Assembly (NCBI GenBank): GCA_046303675.1
Contig: JBKCFW010000192.1
Coordinates: 4,021-68,020 of the forward strand
Source: a bacterium
Lineage (GTDB): Bacteria > Bacteroidota > Bacteroidia > Chitinophagales > Chitinophagaceae
Direction of reading: 5' to 3'
Length of the DNA stretch: 64,000 nucleotides
The notes below the pieces were generated by a model. It was not told the origin of the DNA, made no database searches, and saw only the letters and a list, made by a program, of their open reading frames with translations. Numbering within the stretch: the stretch's first letter is position 1; each line of letters starts with the position of its first letter. A program made the position numbers and the translations under genes. Shown here in pieces: positions 1 through 9,009 of this stretch.

Positions 1-1
1 A

Positions 2-1366
2 TATGAGAAGTTACGGTCAGGGAGAGGGACCGCCTTCCTCAGTGAGGAATCTTTCGAACGTATCATAGACCATTTTGATGACCAGGATGCATTGTCAAGG
101 GCTTTGGAAGCTGCGGAGATCGCCACCCTTCAATTCCCATTTTCAGCCAGTTTATTGGTGAAGAAGGCTGACCTTCTCATAGCCTCCCGACAATATAAAA
201 AAGCGCTCACATTATTGGACAAGGCCCAGATATTAGACCGGAATGATATTGATATTTATATTCTGAGAACAGATGCGTATCTGGCACTTGATATGCAGGC
301 CAAAGCAGTTGCCATCCTGGAAGAGGCATTGCTTCAGTTTGAGGGTGAGGAAAGGATCGATCTGCTTTTTGAGCTGGCGGATGTCTATGATGATTACGAA
401 GAGTTTGAGAAGATTTTTGATTGTCTTAAACTGATCCTTGAATACGAACCCAATAATGAAGAGGCACTCTACAAGATCTGTTTCTGGACAGATTTTACAG
501 GAAGAAATGAGGAAAGCATCAAGCTTCACCTCAAGATCATCGATGCTTTTCCATATAATGAATTGGCCTGGTTCAATCTTGCAGCTGCCTATCAGGGGCT
601 GAGGTTATTTGAAAAGGCAATTGATGCTTACCAATACGCGATCGTTATCAACGAAAAATTTGATTATGCCTACAGAAATATGGCTGATGCATTCATGCGA
701 CTGCACCGTTATAAGGAGGCCATTGATGCTTTGGAAAAAGTAATAGAACTGTCAAGGCCGGAAGATGTCATCTATCAGGCAATCGGGTTTTGCTATGAAA
801 AAATCAAGAACTATGCTCAGGCACGATTCTACTACCGAAAAGCCTCGCATTTAAATCCTGATGATGCTAAGCTTTATGTAAAGGTGGCAGGCACCTATAT
901 GAAAGAGTTAAAATATTCCAGTGCCATCAAATACCTTGATATGGCACTGAGGATCAAGCGGCTCGATCCGGAATTCAATCTGATCATGGGTGAGTGTTTG
1001 GTTAAAACAGGTAAAGCCAAAGATGCTGTACACTATTTTTTGGCTGCTGTACAATCAAAACCACGTAACATCAAGGGATGGGAGTCGTTGATAAGGACAT
1101 TGTTTGAGACTGGTCAGTATACTGATGCTGAGAAAAATGTCGAGCATGCCCGTGCACGATTAGGGGACAAGCCTATTTTAGGTTTTTATCAGAGTGCAAT
1201 TCTACTGGCCATGGGTAAAATAAAAGAGGGCATGAAACTACTTGAATCATCTGCTGAGAAAAATCCAAGGAGTTTGAAGAGTTTTCTGAAACTATATCCA
1301 TCCTCAGTTAAGCATACGCAGGTGGTGGAATTGATCCTTAGGTACAAACGCCGTCGAAGACTATAA
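2..1366 (+). CDS. TPR-repeat protein, 5'-partial (frame is open to the window edge; the TTG at 92 used by the ORF track is probably internal)
   Basis: Frame 2 is open from nt 2 (YEKLRSGRGTAFLSEESFERIIDHFDDQD...) and runs into the 424-aa ORF. Repeated ~34-residue helical pattern typical of tetratricopeptide repeats (e.g. AWFNLAAAYQGLRLFEKAIDAYQYAIVINEKF, AYRNMADAFMRLHRYKEAIDALEKVIEL). Confidence 0.85.
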   Translation, partial: YEKLRSGRGTAFLSEESFERIIDHFDDQDALSRALEAAEIATLQFPFSASLLVKKADLLIASRQYKKALTLLDKAQILDRNDIDIYILRTDAYLALDMQAKAVAILEEALLQFEGEERIDLLFELADVYDDYEEFEKIFDCLKLILEYEPNNEEALYKICFWTDFTGRNEESIKLHLKIIDAFPYNELAWFNLAAAYQGLRLFEKAIDAYQYAIVINEKFDYAYRNMADAFMRLHRYKEAIDALEKVIELSRPEDVIYQAIGFCYEKIKNYAQARFYYRKASHLNPDDAKLYVKVAGTYMKELKYSSAIKYLDMALRIKRLDPEFNLIMGECLVKTGKAKDAVHYFLAAVQSKPRNIKGWESLIRTLFETGQYTDAEKNVEHARARLGDKPILGFYQSAILLAMGKIKEGMKLLESSAEKNPRSLKSFLKLYPSSVKHTQVVELILRYKRRRRL

Positions 1367-1408
1367 ACTCATTCATCCTTTAATCATCTTCTTTACTTTT
1401 CTGTTTCG

Positions 1409-1416
1409 TATTTTTG
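1409..1416 (+). promoter_or_regulatory. Bacteroidota-type -7 box TATTTTTG upstream of the comA-like/aroE pair
   Basis: Exact TAnnTTTG match 20 nt upstream of the ATG at 1436. Confidence 0.45.
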
Positions 1417-1435
1417 TAAAAACTAACAACACAAC

Positions 1436-2197
1436 ATGAATTTCACCTTATCCCAGATGCCCACACGTCATGCAAAGCCAAGAACTGAGGGGATCACGAT
1501 GGTAATGGACAAAGGCTTGACATACGACGAGGCCAAGCAGTTCATCGAGAATGCCGTGCATCATGTTGATGTGGTCAAGCTGGGTTTTGGAACAGCCTAT
1601 GTAACTCCGCGACTGAGAGATAAAATTGATCTGTATCAAAATTCTGGAATACCTGTTTACTTTGGAGGAACCTTGATGGAGGCATTCCTGATCAGGGATC
1701 AGTTCGAAGATTATATCTCCCTTTGCAAGGAATACAGTATAAAATACATGGAAGTGAGTGATGGATCGATCTCCATACCGCACACTGAAAAGTGTCGCTA
1801 TATTGAAAAATTAAGTGCCATTGGTACTGTGTTCAGTGAAGTTGGCAGTAAGGATGCAGCACACATCATCCCACCTTACAAATGGATCGAACTGATGAGG
1901 GCTGAGCTCAATGCTGGTGCTACTTGGGTTATTGCAGAAGCCAGGGAGGCGGGGAACGTCGGAATTTATAGGGGCAGCGGAGAGGTTCGAGAGGGGTTGG
2001 TACAGGAAATATTGACACAGATACCCGGCGAAAAGATACTTTGGGAGGCGCCTCAAAAAGCACAGCAGTTGTATTTCATTGAATTGCTGGGAGCCAATGT
2101 AAATCTGGGAAATATCGCGCCCGGTGAGGTCATAGCTTTGGAGGCGATGCGTGTGGGACTGCGTGGCGACACCTTCAATCTTTTTTTAAATAAATAG
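1436..2197 (+). CDS. comA: (2R)-phospho-3-sulfolactate synthase (ComA) family protein
   Basis: 253 aa. The N-terminus ...PTRHAKPRTEGITMVMDKGL... and overall TIM-barrel-like layout match the ComA family as I recall it. Confidence 0.75.
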   Translation: MNFTLSQMPTRHAKPRTEGITMVMDKGLTYDEAKQFIENAVHHVDVVKLGFGTAYVTPRLRDKIDLYQNSGIPVYFGGTLMEAFLIRDQFEDYISLCKEYSIKYMEVSDGSISIPHTEKCRYIEKLSAIGTVFSEVGSKDAAHIIPPYKWIELMRAELNAGATWVIAEAREAGNVGIYRGSGEVREGLVQEILTQIPGEKILWEAPQKAQQLYFIELLGANVNLGNIAPGEVIALEAMRVGLRGDTFNLFLNK

Positions 2198-2203
2198 TTC
2201 AAG

Positions 2204-2938
2204 TTGATCAAGTCATACGGACTTATCGGTTATCCGCTGTCGCATTCCTTTTCAAAGAAATACTTTACTGAAAAGTTTCAGCGTGAGCTTATCACTGATC
2301 ATGTGTATGAGCTCTTTCCTATTGAATCGATCAGTCGTTTACCTGAAATTCTATCAAGCAATCCAACACTTGCAGGATTAAATGTAACCATACCTTACAA
2401 GGAACAGGTGATTCAGTATCTGGATAGTTGCTCTCCTGTTGTAGAAGAGATCGGTGCGTGTAACTGCATCAAGATCGAAGATGGTAAATTGACTGGTTAC
2501 AATACCGACGTGATCGGATTTGCAAAATCCCTCGAACCCAAACTAAAATCTACACACAGGAAGGCGTTGGTCTTGGGAACGGGCGGGGCTGCAAAAGCAG
2601 TACATTATGCCTTGAAGGAAAAGGGGATCGATTTTCTGCCAGTGAGCAGAAAAAGATCAGATGTCTCTATTGCCTACGAAGATATTGATGAGCAACTGCT
2701 TAAGGAATATACCCTGATAGTGAATACAACGCCGTTGGGGATGCATCCCGACATAGACAAGGCTCCTGATATTCCTTATCAGTTCATTGGCACGGAGCAT
2801 TATTTGTTTGACCTGGTGTACAATCCACCAATAACAACTTTCTTGTCTATGGGTAAAGAAAGAGGGGCTGAAATTGAAAATGGTGCAGACATGCTTGTCA
2901 TCCAGGCTGAGGCATCATGGGATATCTGGAACCAATAA
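2204..2938 (+). CDS. aroE: shikimate 5-dehydrogenase
   Basis: 244 aa. YGLIGYPLSHSFSKKYF N-terminus, NVTIPYKE, GTGGAAKAV NADP-binding loop. TTG start as given by the ORF track. Confidence 0.9.
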   Translation: MIKSYGLIGYPLSHSFSKKYFTEKFQRELITDHVYELFPIESISRLPEILSSNPTLAGLNVTIPYKEQVIQYLDSCSPVVEEIGACNCIKIEDGKLTGYNTDVIGFAKSLEPKLKSTHRKALVLGTGGAAKAVHYALKEKGIDFLPVSRKRSDVSIAYEDIDEQLLKEYTLIVNTTPLGMHPDIDKAPDIPYQFIGTEHYLFDLVYNPPITTFLSMGKERGAEIENGADMLVIQAEASWDIWNQ

Positions 2939-2942
2939 AATT

Positions 2943-3386
2943 TCAGTTTGCTGCGTGTTGCAATAGTTTTGTTTTTATGTCTTCGGGGGTCGACCTTACT
3001 TTTCTTGCTGAGTAGTCGTAGCATATCATCGTTGTCATAATTCTTGATACAACAATCTCCGTTCCATCTCTCTCTGTTGAAAGAATGTAGTAACAATCAA
3101 AGCTTGCCCTTGATATATTCGCGATTGACAATGTGATTTTTATCTGGTCGCCGTGAAACAATTCATGTAAGTATTCGACAGACGATTCGGAAAGTACCAG
3201 TCCGTAGGGACCGAACCTCATCTCACTGTATCCAAGTGATTGCAAAAAGCGTATCCTGGTTTCCTGCGCAAAAAGCAGGTATCGTTCATTTCCAACATGT
3301 CCGCCATAATTGAGATCTCCTACTTGTATGGTAATACTTGTTTCGAAGCAGGTTTTTTCAGGGACGATGATCTTACACTTGCGCAT
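2943..3386 (-). CDS. hotdog-fold acyl-CoA thioesterase (4HBT/YbgC-like)
   Basis: 147 aa. ...GDLNYGGHVGNERYLLFAQETRIRFL... is typical of thioesterase superfamily proteins. Confidence 0.7.
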   Translation of the reverse strand: MRKCKIIVPEKTCFETSITIQVGDLNYGGHVGNERYLLFAQETRIRFLQSLGYSEMRFGPYGLVLSESSVEYLHELFHGDQIKITLSIANISRASFDCYYILSTERDGTEIVVSRIMTTMICYDYSARKVRSTPEDIKTKLLQHAAN

Positions 3387-3394
3387 GGTTGTTT

Positions 3395-3991
3395 TTATTT
3401 TGTTGTTCTGCTAAAATGTTGTTCAAGCAATAGAGCCATTTTTTCTGCGGCTTTTTTTCTGTGACTGATATTTGTTTTTTCAGCAATGCTCATTTCGGCA
3501 AAAGTTTTTTCTTGTCCGGATGGAATAAAAACAGGATCGTAGCCAAAACCATTTGACCCCTTTCTTTCTGTTGTAATCTGTCCTTCGCATCTTCCCTCAA
3601 AAAAATATTCTTTTCCATCTAAGATCAGTGATATAACGGTTCTAAAGCAGGCATTTCTGTTTTCTACACCAGACATCTCTTTCAACAGCTTGTCAATGTT
3701 TTTTTCATCGTCTGCCTTTTCTCCTGCATAGCGCGCTGATCTAACACCCGGCGCGCCTCCAAGGGCAACCACTTCAAGTCCGCTATCTTCTGAAAAACAG
3801 TCTGATCCGGTAAGCTTGAAAATCACGGTCGATTTCTCACTTGCATTTTCTTGAAGCGTATGATGTGGTTCAGGAATATCTATGGTTATACCAGCTTCTT
3901 TGAGTGTGATGATCTCACATTGATGGTGAAGGATGGATTTTATTTCTTCGGCCTTGTGTTTATTGTTTGATGCAAATATGAACGTTTTCAT
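3395..3991 (-). CDS. rdgB: non-canonical purine NTP pyrophosphatase (RdgB/HAM1 family)
   Basis: 198 aa. FASNNKHKAEEI, FSEDSGLEV, FGYDPVF and SHRKKA motifs. Confidence 0.92.
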   Translation of the reverse strand: MKTFIFASNNKHKAEEIKSILHHQCEIITLKEAGITIDIPEPHHTLQENASEKSTVIFKLTGSDCFSEDSGLEVVALGGAPGVRSARYAGEKADDEKNIDKLLKEMSGVENRNACFRTVISLILDGKEYFFEGRCEGQITTERKGSNGFGYDPVFIPSGQEKTFAEMSIAEKTNISHRKKAAEKMALLLEQHFSRTTK

Positions 3992-4473
3992 CAGGGGAAG
4001 AGTTGTTTAAGGCACTGCCACAATTGAAGTTTAAGGTTTTTGTCGTTTTCAATCATATCCAATGCGGGGGCATGCAGGTATTTTGTTTCCTGAAATAATT
4101 GGATCTGGAATGGAGGGAAAAAAACAGGCAATGAAATTAATGAAGGTGATGGTCCGAAGAGTATGATACTTTCTGGACTGTATTCTTCATTGATTTTTTT
4201 GTAGTCTGAGGCTAAGGGATGCTTGTCTGTAAGTACTTCAACTGCTGAAGGTTGAAGTTGACAAGCCTTGATAATGGCGTCGAGGAATATTTTTCTGTCA
4301 GCAGACAATGCAGCTCCAACAGATTCGGCAATCACCACTGTTTTCTTCTTTTCAATGATACGGGGTGATTCTTCTTTGGGCTGACCATCGGCATTCTCGA
4401 TCAATACATTTTCATACAGTGCTGCTATGACCTGAGGTGGAAGGATGATGGTTTTTTGTTGCTCCATGGACAC
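3991..4473 (-). CDS. hypothetical protein; possible DNA polymerase III psi (HolD)-like fold (see findings)
   Basis: 160-aa ORF whose stop overlaps the rdgB start by 1 nt (TGATG on the minus strand), implying co-translation. The family assignment rests only on motif resemblance seen by eye. Confidence 0.75.
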   Translation of the reverse strand: MSMEQQKTIILPPQVIAALYENVLIENADGQPKEESPRIIEKKKTVVIAESVGAALSADRKIFLDAIIKACQLQPSAVEVLTDKHPLASDYKKINEEYSPESIILFGPSPSLISLPVFFPPFQIQLFQETKYLHAPALDMIENDKNLKLQLWQCLKQLFP

Positions 4474-4525
4474 ATTAATCTTTTAAACTTGCCTGATGTT
4501 TTGTTACTTTGTAAAAATTACGGTT

Positions 4526-5596
4526 ATGCAGCATACTGGCGCGATAAAGGTAACAAAAGCCGAGAGATCAAAGAGAGAGGACACTGATTTCAGCAATCTT
4601 TCTTTTGGGAAATACTTCACGGATCATATGCTGGTGGCAGACTACCACAATGGGGTTTGGTCTGATCCAGAGATTGTTCCATATGCGCCAATCTGCTTCG
4701 ATCCATCAATGGCCACGCTACATTATGGACAGTCGATCTTTGAAGGCATCAAGGCCTACCGTATGCAAGATGGCAAGGCCGCTATTTTCAGACCTATCGA
4801 AAATTTCAAACGATTTAATCGCTCTGCGCAACGAATGGAGATGGCCGAGGTGCCGGAACATATTTTTATGGATGGGATGAAGAAACTGCTGGAAGTTGAA
4901 GACCAATGGATCCCAAAGGAATATGATCACGCACTTTATATTCGTCCGTTTATGTTTGCGACTGACGAACAACTTGGTGTAGCGCCATCTACCCGCTACA
5001 AATTCTTGATCATTTGCAGTCCGGTCGGTCCCTTTTACCCAGCCCCTTTAAGACTTTACGTTGAGGAACAATTTGTACGTGCAGTGCCCGGAGGAGTAGG
5101 TAACGCAAAAACTTCCGGTAATTATGCTGCATCCCTTCACCCCACAGCAGTGGCAAAAAAAAGGGGGTATGATCAGGTGTTGTGGACGGATGCATTTGAA
5201 CATAAGTACGTCCAGGAATGTGGTACCATGAATGTCTTTTTCGTAATGAACGGCAAGTTGATAACGCCTGGGTTGGAAAGCGGTACCATTTTGCAGGGGA
5301 TCACACGCGACAGTGTGATCAAGGTGGCCAGGGATATGGGCAAGGTGGTGGAGGAGCGAGAGATCTCTGTAGACGAATTGGTTGCGGCCTATGAAAAAGG
5401 GATCTTCACTGAGGCCTTTGGTGCCGGAACGGCGGCCACTATTTCAAAAATCACAGAACTTAGGTATAAAGAATTTTCAATGTCATTTGATCCTGAGGCA
5501 ATGATCATTGCCAACGAGATCAAGTCCATACTGACCGGTATTCGTGATGGGGTGGCTCCAGATCCACATGGGTGGATGTTCCCCGTTGCCGGCTGA
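4526..5596 (+). CDS. ilvE: branched-chain amino acid aminotransferase
   Basis: Class IV aminotransferase hallmarks (LHYGQSIFEGIKAY, GGVGNAKTSGNYAAS). ATG at 4526 (MQHTGAIKV...) is preferred over the upstream ORF-track start at 4496. Confidence 0.92.
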   Translation: MQHTGAIKVTKAERSKREDTDFSNLSFGKYFTDHMLVADYHNGVWSDPEIVPYAPICFDPSMATLHYGQSIFEGIKAYRMQDGKAAIFRPIENFKRFNRSAQRMEMAEVPEHIFMDGMKKLLEVEDQWIPKEYDHALYIRPFMFATDEQLGVAPSTRYKFLIICSPVGPFYPAPLRLYVEEQFVRAVPGGVGNAKTSGNYAASLHPTAVAKKRGYDQVLWTDAFEHKYVQECGTMNVFFVMNGKLITPGLESGTILQGITRDSVIKVARDMGKVVEEREISVDELVAAYEKGIFTEAFGAGTAATISKITELRYKEFSMSFDPEAMIIANEIKSILTGIRDGVAPDPHGWMFPVAG

Positions 5597-5626
5597 TTAA
5601 AAACTCATAAAAAATTAGGAACTGCT

Positions 5627-5664
5627 TTTGGTTTTTGGAAATTTACCCATACCTTTGCCGTCCC
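5627..5664 (+). promoter_or_regulatory. rpsL promoter: -33 TTTG (5627-5630), 19-nt spacer, -7 TACCTTTG (5650-5657), GC-rich extension GCCGTCCC
   Basis: Exact TTTG-N19-TAnnTTTG architecture 25 nt upstream of the rpsL ATG. The 15-mer TACCTTTGCCGTCCC is repeated at the rpsA promoter. Confidence 0.65.
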
Positions 5665-5681
5665 GTTAAAAAAAGGGTATA

Positions 5682-6062
5682 ATGCCTACAATTCAACAGC
5701 TCGTAAGAAAAGGAAGAGAGATCATCAAGGCTAAAAGTAAGTCCAGGGCTCTCGATGCATGCCCACAACGTCGTGGTGTTTGCACACGTGTATACACAAC
5801 CACACCCAAAAAGCCGAATTCGGCTTTGAGAAAGGTGGCTAAAGTGCGTCTGACCAACAAGATCGAGGTAATTGCGTACATACCAGGTGAAGGCCATAAT
5901 CTTCAGGAGCACTCCATCGTATTGATCAGGGGTGGTCGTGTTAAGGATCTTCCAGGTGTTCGTTACCACATTGTAAGGGGAAGCCTTGATACTGCGGGTG
6001 TTAAAGACCGTAAGCAGAGCCGTTCTAAGTACGGAACCAAGCGTGAAAAAGCAAAAAAATAA
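5682..6062 (+). CDS. rpsL: 30S ribosomal protein S12
   Basis: 126 aa. [12 protein letters not shown]..., [27 protein letters not shown]. Confidence 0.99.
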   Translation: MPTIQQLVRKGREIIKAKSKSRALDACPQRRGVCTRVYTTTPKKPNSALRKVAKVRLTNKIEVIAYIPGEGHNLQEHSIVLIRGGRVKDLPGVRYHIVRGSLDTAGVKDRKQSRSKYGTKREKAKK

Positions 6063-6087
6063 CCATAACAGATCCAAATTCACATAG

Positions 6088-6555
6088 ATGAGGAAGTCAA
6101 GAGCCAAAAAATTACCCTTAGCACCGGATCCAAAGTTCAACGATACTTTGGTTACAAGATTTGTCAACAATGTAATGTGGCAAGGAAAGAAAGATGCTTC
6201 ACTGAACATATTTTATGATTCGCTGGAGAAGGTGTCTAAAATGACCGGAGAGGATGGATACGAAGTATGGAGAAGGGCATTGGCCAACATCACTCCTGCA
6301 GTTGAAGTTAGAAGCCGTCGTATTGGAGGTGCTACCTTCCAGATCCCATCTGAGGTTCGTCCGGATAGGAAGATCTCTTTGAGTATCAAGTGGTTGGTGC
6401 GTTTTGCCCGTGAGCGCAATGGTCGTAGCATGTCAGACAAGCTTGCCAACGAGATCGTTGCTGCAAGTAAAGGGGAAGGTGGGGCATTTAAAAAGAAAGA
6501 AGATACACACAGAATGGCTGAAGCAAACAAAGCGTTCGCTCACTTCCGTGTATAA
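6088..6555 (+). CDS. rpsG: 30S ribosomal protein S7
   Basis: 155 aa. [33 protein letters not shown], and a C-terminal ...[12 protein letters not shown]. Confidence 0.99.
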   Translation: MRKSRAKKLPLAPDPKFNDTLVTRFVNNVMWQGKKDASLNIFYDSLEKVSKMTGEDGYEVWRRALANITPAVEVRSRRIGGATFQIPSEVRPDRKISLSIKWLVRFARERNGRSMSDKLANEIVAASKGEGGAFKKKEDTHRMAEANKAFAHFRV

Positions 6556-6577
6556 CTTGATATATATTTTTAAGAAG

Positions 6578-6601
6578 GGCTGCCATAAGGCAGCCTTTTT
6601 T
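6578..6601 (+). terminator. rho-independent terminator/attenuator after rpsG
   Basis: 7-bp stem ggctgcc/ggcagcc with an ATAA loop, followed by TTTTTT. Confidence 0.75.
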
Positions 6602-6657
6602 ATTGTTAAGCTTTGCACACCTGCGATAAAAAATATCAGATGGTGTTTTTTATTTCA

Positions 6658-6665
6658 TAACTTTG
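6658..6665 (+). promoter_or_regulatory. -7 box TAACTTTG upstream of fusA (followed by CAGCCGC)
   Basis: Exact TAnnTTTG match 77 nt upstream of the fusA ATG. Confidence 0.5.
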
Positions 6666-6742
6666 CAGCCGCAAAACTGAGGATTTCTGAATCCGGTGGT
6701 TTTCGCTTAAAACAAAACATTTTTTAAACAATAAGATCAGTC

Positions 6743-8887
6743 ATGGCAGACTTAAAATTTCAAAGGAATTTCGGTATTGCAGCACACATTGATGCTGGTA
6801 AAACCACAACTCCAGAGCGTATCCTGCGCTATACAGGAATGATTCACAAGATAGGAGAGGTGCATGACGGTGGTGCTACGACTGACTGGATGGAGCAAGA
6901 AAAGGAGCGCGGTATTACCATTACTTCTGCTGCGGTGAGCTGTCAGTGGAACTTCCCAACTATATTGGGTAAGGCTACTCCTGAAACAAAGAATTATTAT
7001 TTCAACATCATCGATACGCCGGGTCACGTTGACTTTACCGTAGAGGTAGAGCGTTCCATGCGTGTATTGGATGGACTTATCGCATTGTTTTCTGCAGTGG
7101 ATGGCGTTGAGCCACAGTCTGAAACTGTATGGCGTCAGGCTAACCGCTACAAAGTACCACGTATTGGGTTTGTTAACAAAATGGACAGAAGTGGTGCTGA
7201 CTTCCTTATGGTGGTTCGCCAGGTGAAAGAAATGCTGGGCGCAAAGGCAGTCCCATTGCAGCTCCCCATTGGTGCTGAAGATAATTTCAAAGGTGTGGTG
7301 GATCTGATCAAAATGAAAGGTATCGTATGGCACATGGAAACAGAGGGAATGACCTTTGACGAGATTCCTGTTCCTGCGGATATGATTGAGGAGGCTAATG
7401 AGTGGAGGCAGAATCTTATTGAGGCTGTTGCTGAATATGATGAGAAGCTGTTAGAGAAATTCTTTGATGATCCTAATTCAATCACTGAGAATGAGGTACA
7501 CGAAGCTATCCGTAAGGCTACCATTGACCTCAGTATTGTTCCCATGATGTGCGGATCTTCATTTAAAAACAAAGGTGTACAAACAGCATTGGATGCAGTC
7601 TGCCGATACCTGCCTTCACCCGTTGATATTGATGCCGTTGAGGGTACAAATCCTGACAATGGCGAGGTGATCGTGCGTAAGCCAGAAGCTTCTGAGCCTT
7701 TTGCAGCCCTTGCGTTCAAGATCATGACTGACCCATTTGTTGGTCGCCTTGCATTCTTCCGTGTATATTCAGGTCATCTTGATGCCGGATCTTATGTGTT
7801 GAACGTAAGAAGTGGCAAGAAAGAGAGGATCAGCCGTATCATGAAGATGTTTGCCAACAAGCAGAATCCGATCGACTTCATCGAAGCTGGTGACATTGGT
7901 GCTGCAGTTGGTTTCAAGGAGATCAAAACTGGAGATACACTGTGTGATGAAGATCATCCTATCGTACTGGAGAATATGTTTATCCCTGAACCGGTGATTT
8001 CAATCGCTGTAGAGCCAAAAGCTCAGGCAGACGTAGATAAAATGGGTATGGCCATTGCCAAACTTGTTGAGGAAGATCCAACATTGCGTGTAAGGACTGA
8101 CGAGGAAACCGGACAAACCATCCTCAGTGGTATGGGTGAATTGCACCTGGAAATCATTGTTGATCGTATGCGCAGGGAGTTTAAAGTAGAAGTTAACCAA
8201 GGTGCTCCTCAGGTTGCTTACAAAGAGGCCTTCCATGCTACAGTTCAGCATAGGGAGACCCTTAAAAAGCAAACAGGTGGCCGTGGTAAATTCGCTGATA
8301 TCGTGTTTGAATTTGGACCTGCAGATGCTGAGTGGTTGACAGAAAACCCAGGAAAGTCCATGCAATTCGTGAATGATATTTTTGGAGGATCTATTCCACG
8401 TGAATTTATTCCAGCCATTCAAAAAGGATTTGAGCAATCCATGTCAACAGGTGTACTTGCAAACTACCCTGTAGAGAGCATGAAGGTTAGGATATTCGAC
8501 GGTAGCTTCCACCAAGTGGATTCTGATTCTATGTCATTCGAACTTTGTGCTAAAGGCGGATTCCGCGAAGCTGCCCGTAAGGCAAAGCCGGTATTGCTAG
8601 AGCCGATCATGAAGATCGAGGTCATCACCCCGGAACAGTATATGGGAGATGTTACTGGCGACTTGAACAGAAGACGTGGTATGTTGGAGGGAATGGATAG
8701 CAGGGCTGGTGCTCAGGTTATCAAGGCCAAGGTGCCTTTGAGTGAGATGTTTGGCTATGTTACACAGCTCCGTTCATTAACATCCGGACGTGCATCTTCA
8801 ACCATGGAGTTCTCTCATTACAATCCGGCACCTAACAACATTGCTGAGGAGGTGATCGCCAGGGTTAAAGGGAAAGCCAAGGAATAA
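6743..8887 (+). CDS. fusA: elongation factor G
   Basis: 714 aa. [22 protein letters not shown] and the full five-domain length. Confidence 0.99.
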   Translation: MADLKFQRNFGIAAHIDAGKTTTPERILRYTGMIHKIGEVHDGGATTDWMEQEKERGITITSAAVSCQWNFPTILGKATPETKNYYFNIIDTPGHVDFTVEVERSMRVLDGLIALFSAVDGVEPQSETVWRQANRYKVPRIGFVNKMDRSGADFLMVVRQVKEMLGAKAVPLQLPIGAEDNFKGVVDLIKMKGIVWHMETEGMTFDEIPVPADMIEEANEWRQNLIEAVAEYDEKLLEKFFDDPNSITENEVHEAIRKATIDLSIVPMMCGSSFKNKGVQTALDAVCRYLPSPVDIDAVEGTNPDNGEVIVRKPEASEPFAALAFKIMTDPFVGRLAFFRVYSGHLDAGSYVLNVRSGKKERISRIMKMFANKQNPIDFIEAGDIGAAVGFKEIKTGDTLCDEDHPIVLENMFIPEPVISIAVEPKAQADVDKMGMAIAKLVEEDPTLRVRTDEETGQTILSGMGELHLEIIVDRMRREFKVEVNQGAPQVAYKEAFHATVQHRETLKKQTGGRGKFADIVFEFGPADAEWLTENPGKSMQFVNDIFGGSIPREFIPAIQKGFEQSMSTGVLANYPVESMKVRIFDGSFHQVDSDSMSFELCAKGGFREAARKAKPVLLEPIMKIEVITPEQYMGDVTGDLNRRRGMLEGMDSRAGAQVIKAKVPLSEMFGYVTQLRSLTSGRASSTMEFSHYNPAPNNIAEEVIARVKGKAKE

Positions 8888-8914
8888 TTTATATATCTGA
8901 TTATCAATACGTTA

Positions 8915-8941
8915 AGCCCCGGTTTGAACCGGGGCTTTTTT
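8915..8941 (+). terminator. rho-independent terminator after fusA
   Basis: 8-bp stem agccccgg/ccggggct, 6-nt loop, then TTTTT. Confidence 0.85.
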
Positions 8942-9009
8942 ATTAAAAAATAACTGCCCCGACTGACCAAAAAAACGCATTTTTCTTTTGAAAGTATCAA
9001 ACTAATCCA

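Noticed and set aside
4496-4525. Upstream-extended starts proposed by the ORF track. These include ilvE 4496, rplR 17443, map 20498, the flavoprotein 21381, the photolyase-like gene 28755, ubiX 35933, the LysM protein 45646, rsmG 50554, mutS 55133, the desulfurase 59060 and the CNNM transporter 61014.
   Set aside because: The extensions overlap the preceding gene or a promoter box, use TTG/CTG-type codons, or add non-conserved residues. In each case an internal ATG yields the canonical family N-terminus.
5643-6209. 188-aa ORF antisense to rpsL/rpsG. Similar long antisense ORFs lie at 6752-7725 (opposite fusA), 14262-14783 (opposite rpmC-rpsQ-rplN), 30116-30736 (opposite mgtE), 33718-34263 (opposite ftsK), 36097-36417 (opposite the AONS-like gene) and 40118-40633 (opposite folA).
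   Set aside because: Each lies entirely opposite a gene with an unmistakable conserved product. Their translations are low-complexity or Cys/Leu/Ser-rich with no recognisable motifs. They are shadow ORFs of the kind expected opposite highly expressed genes.
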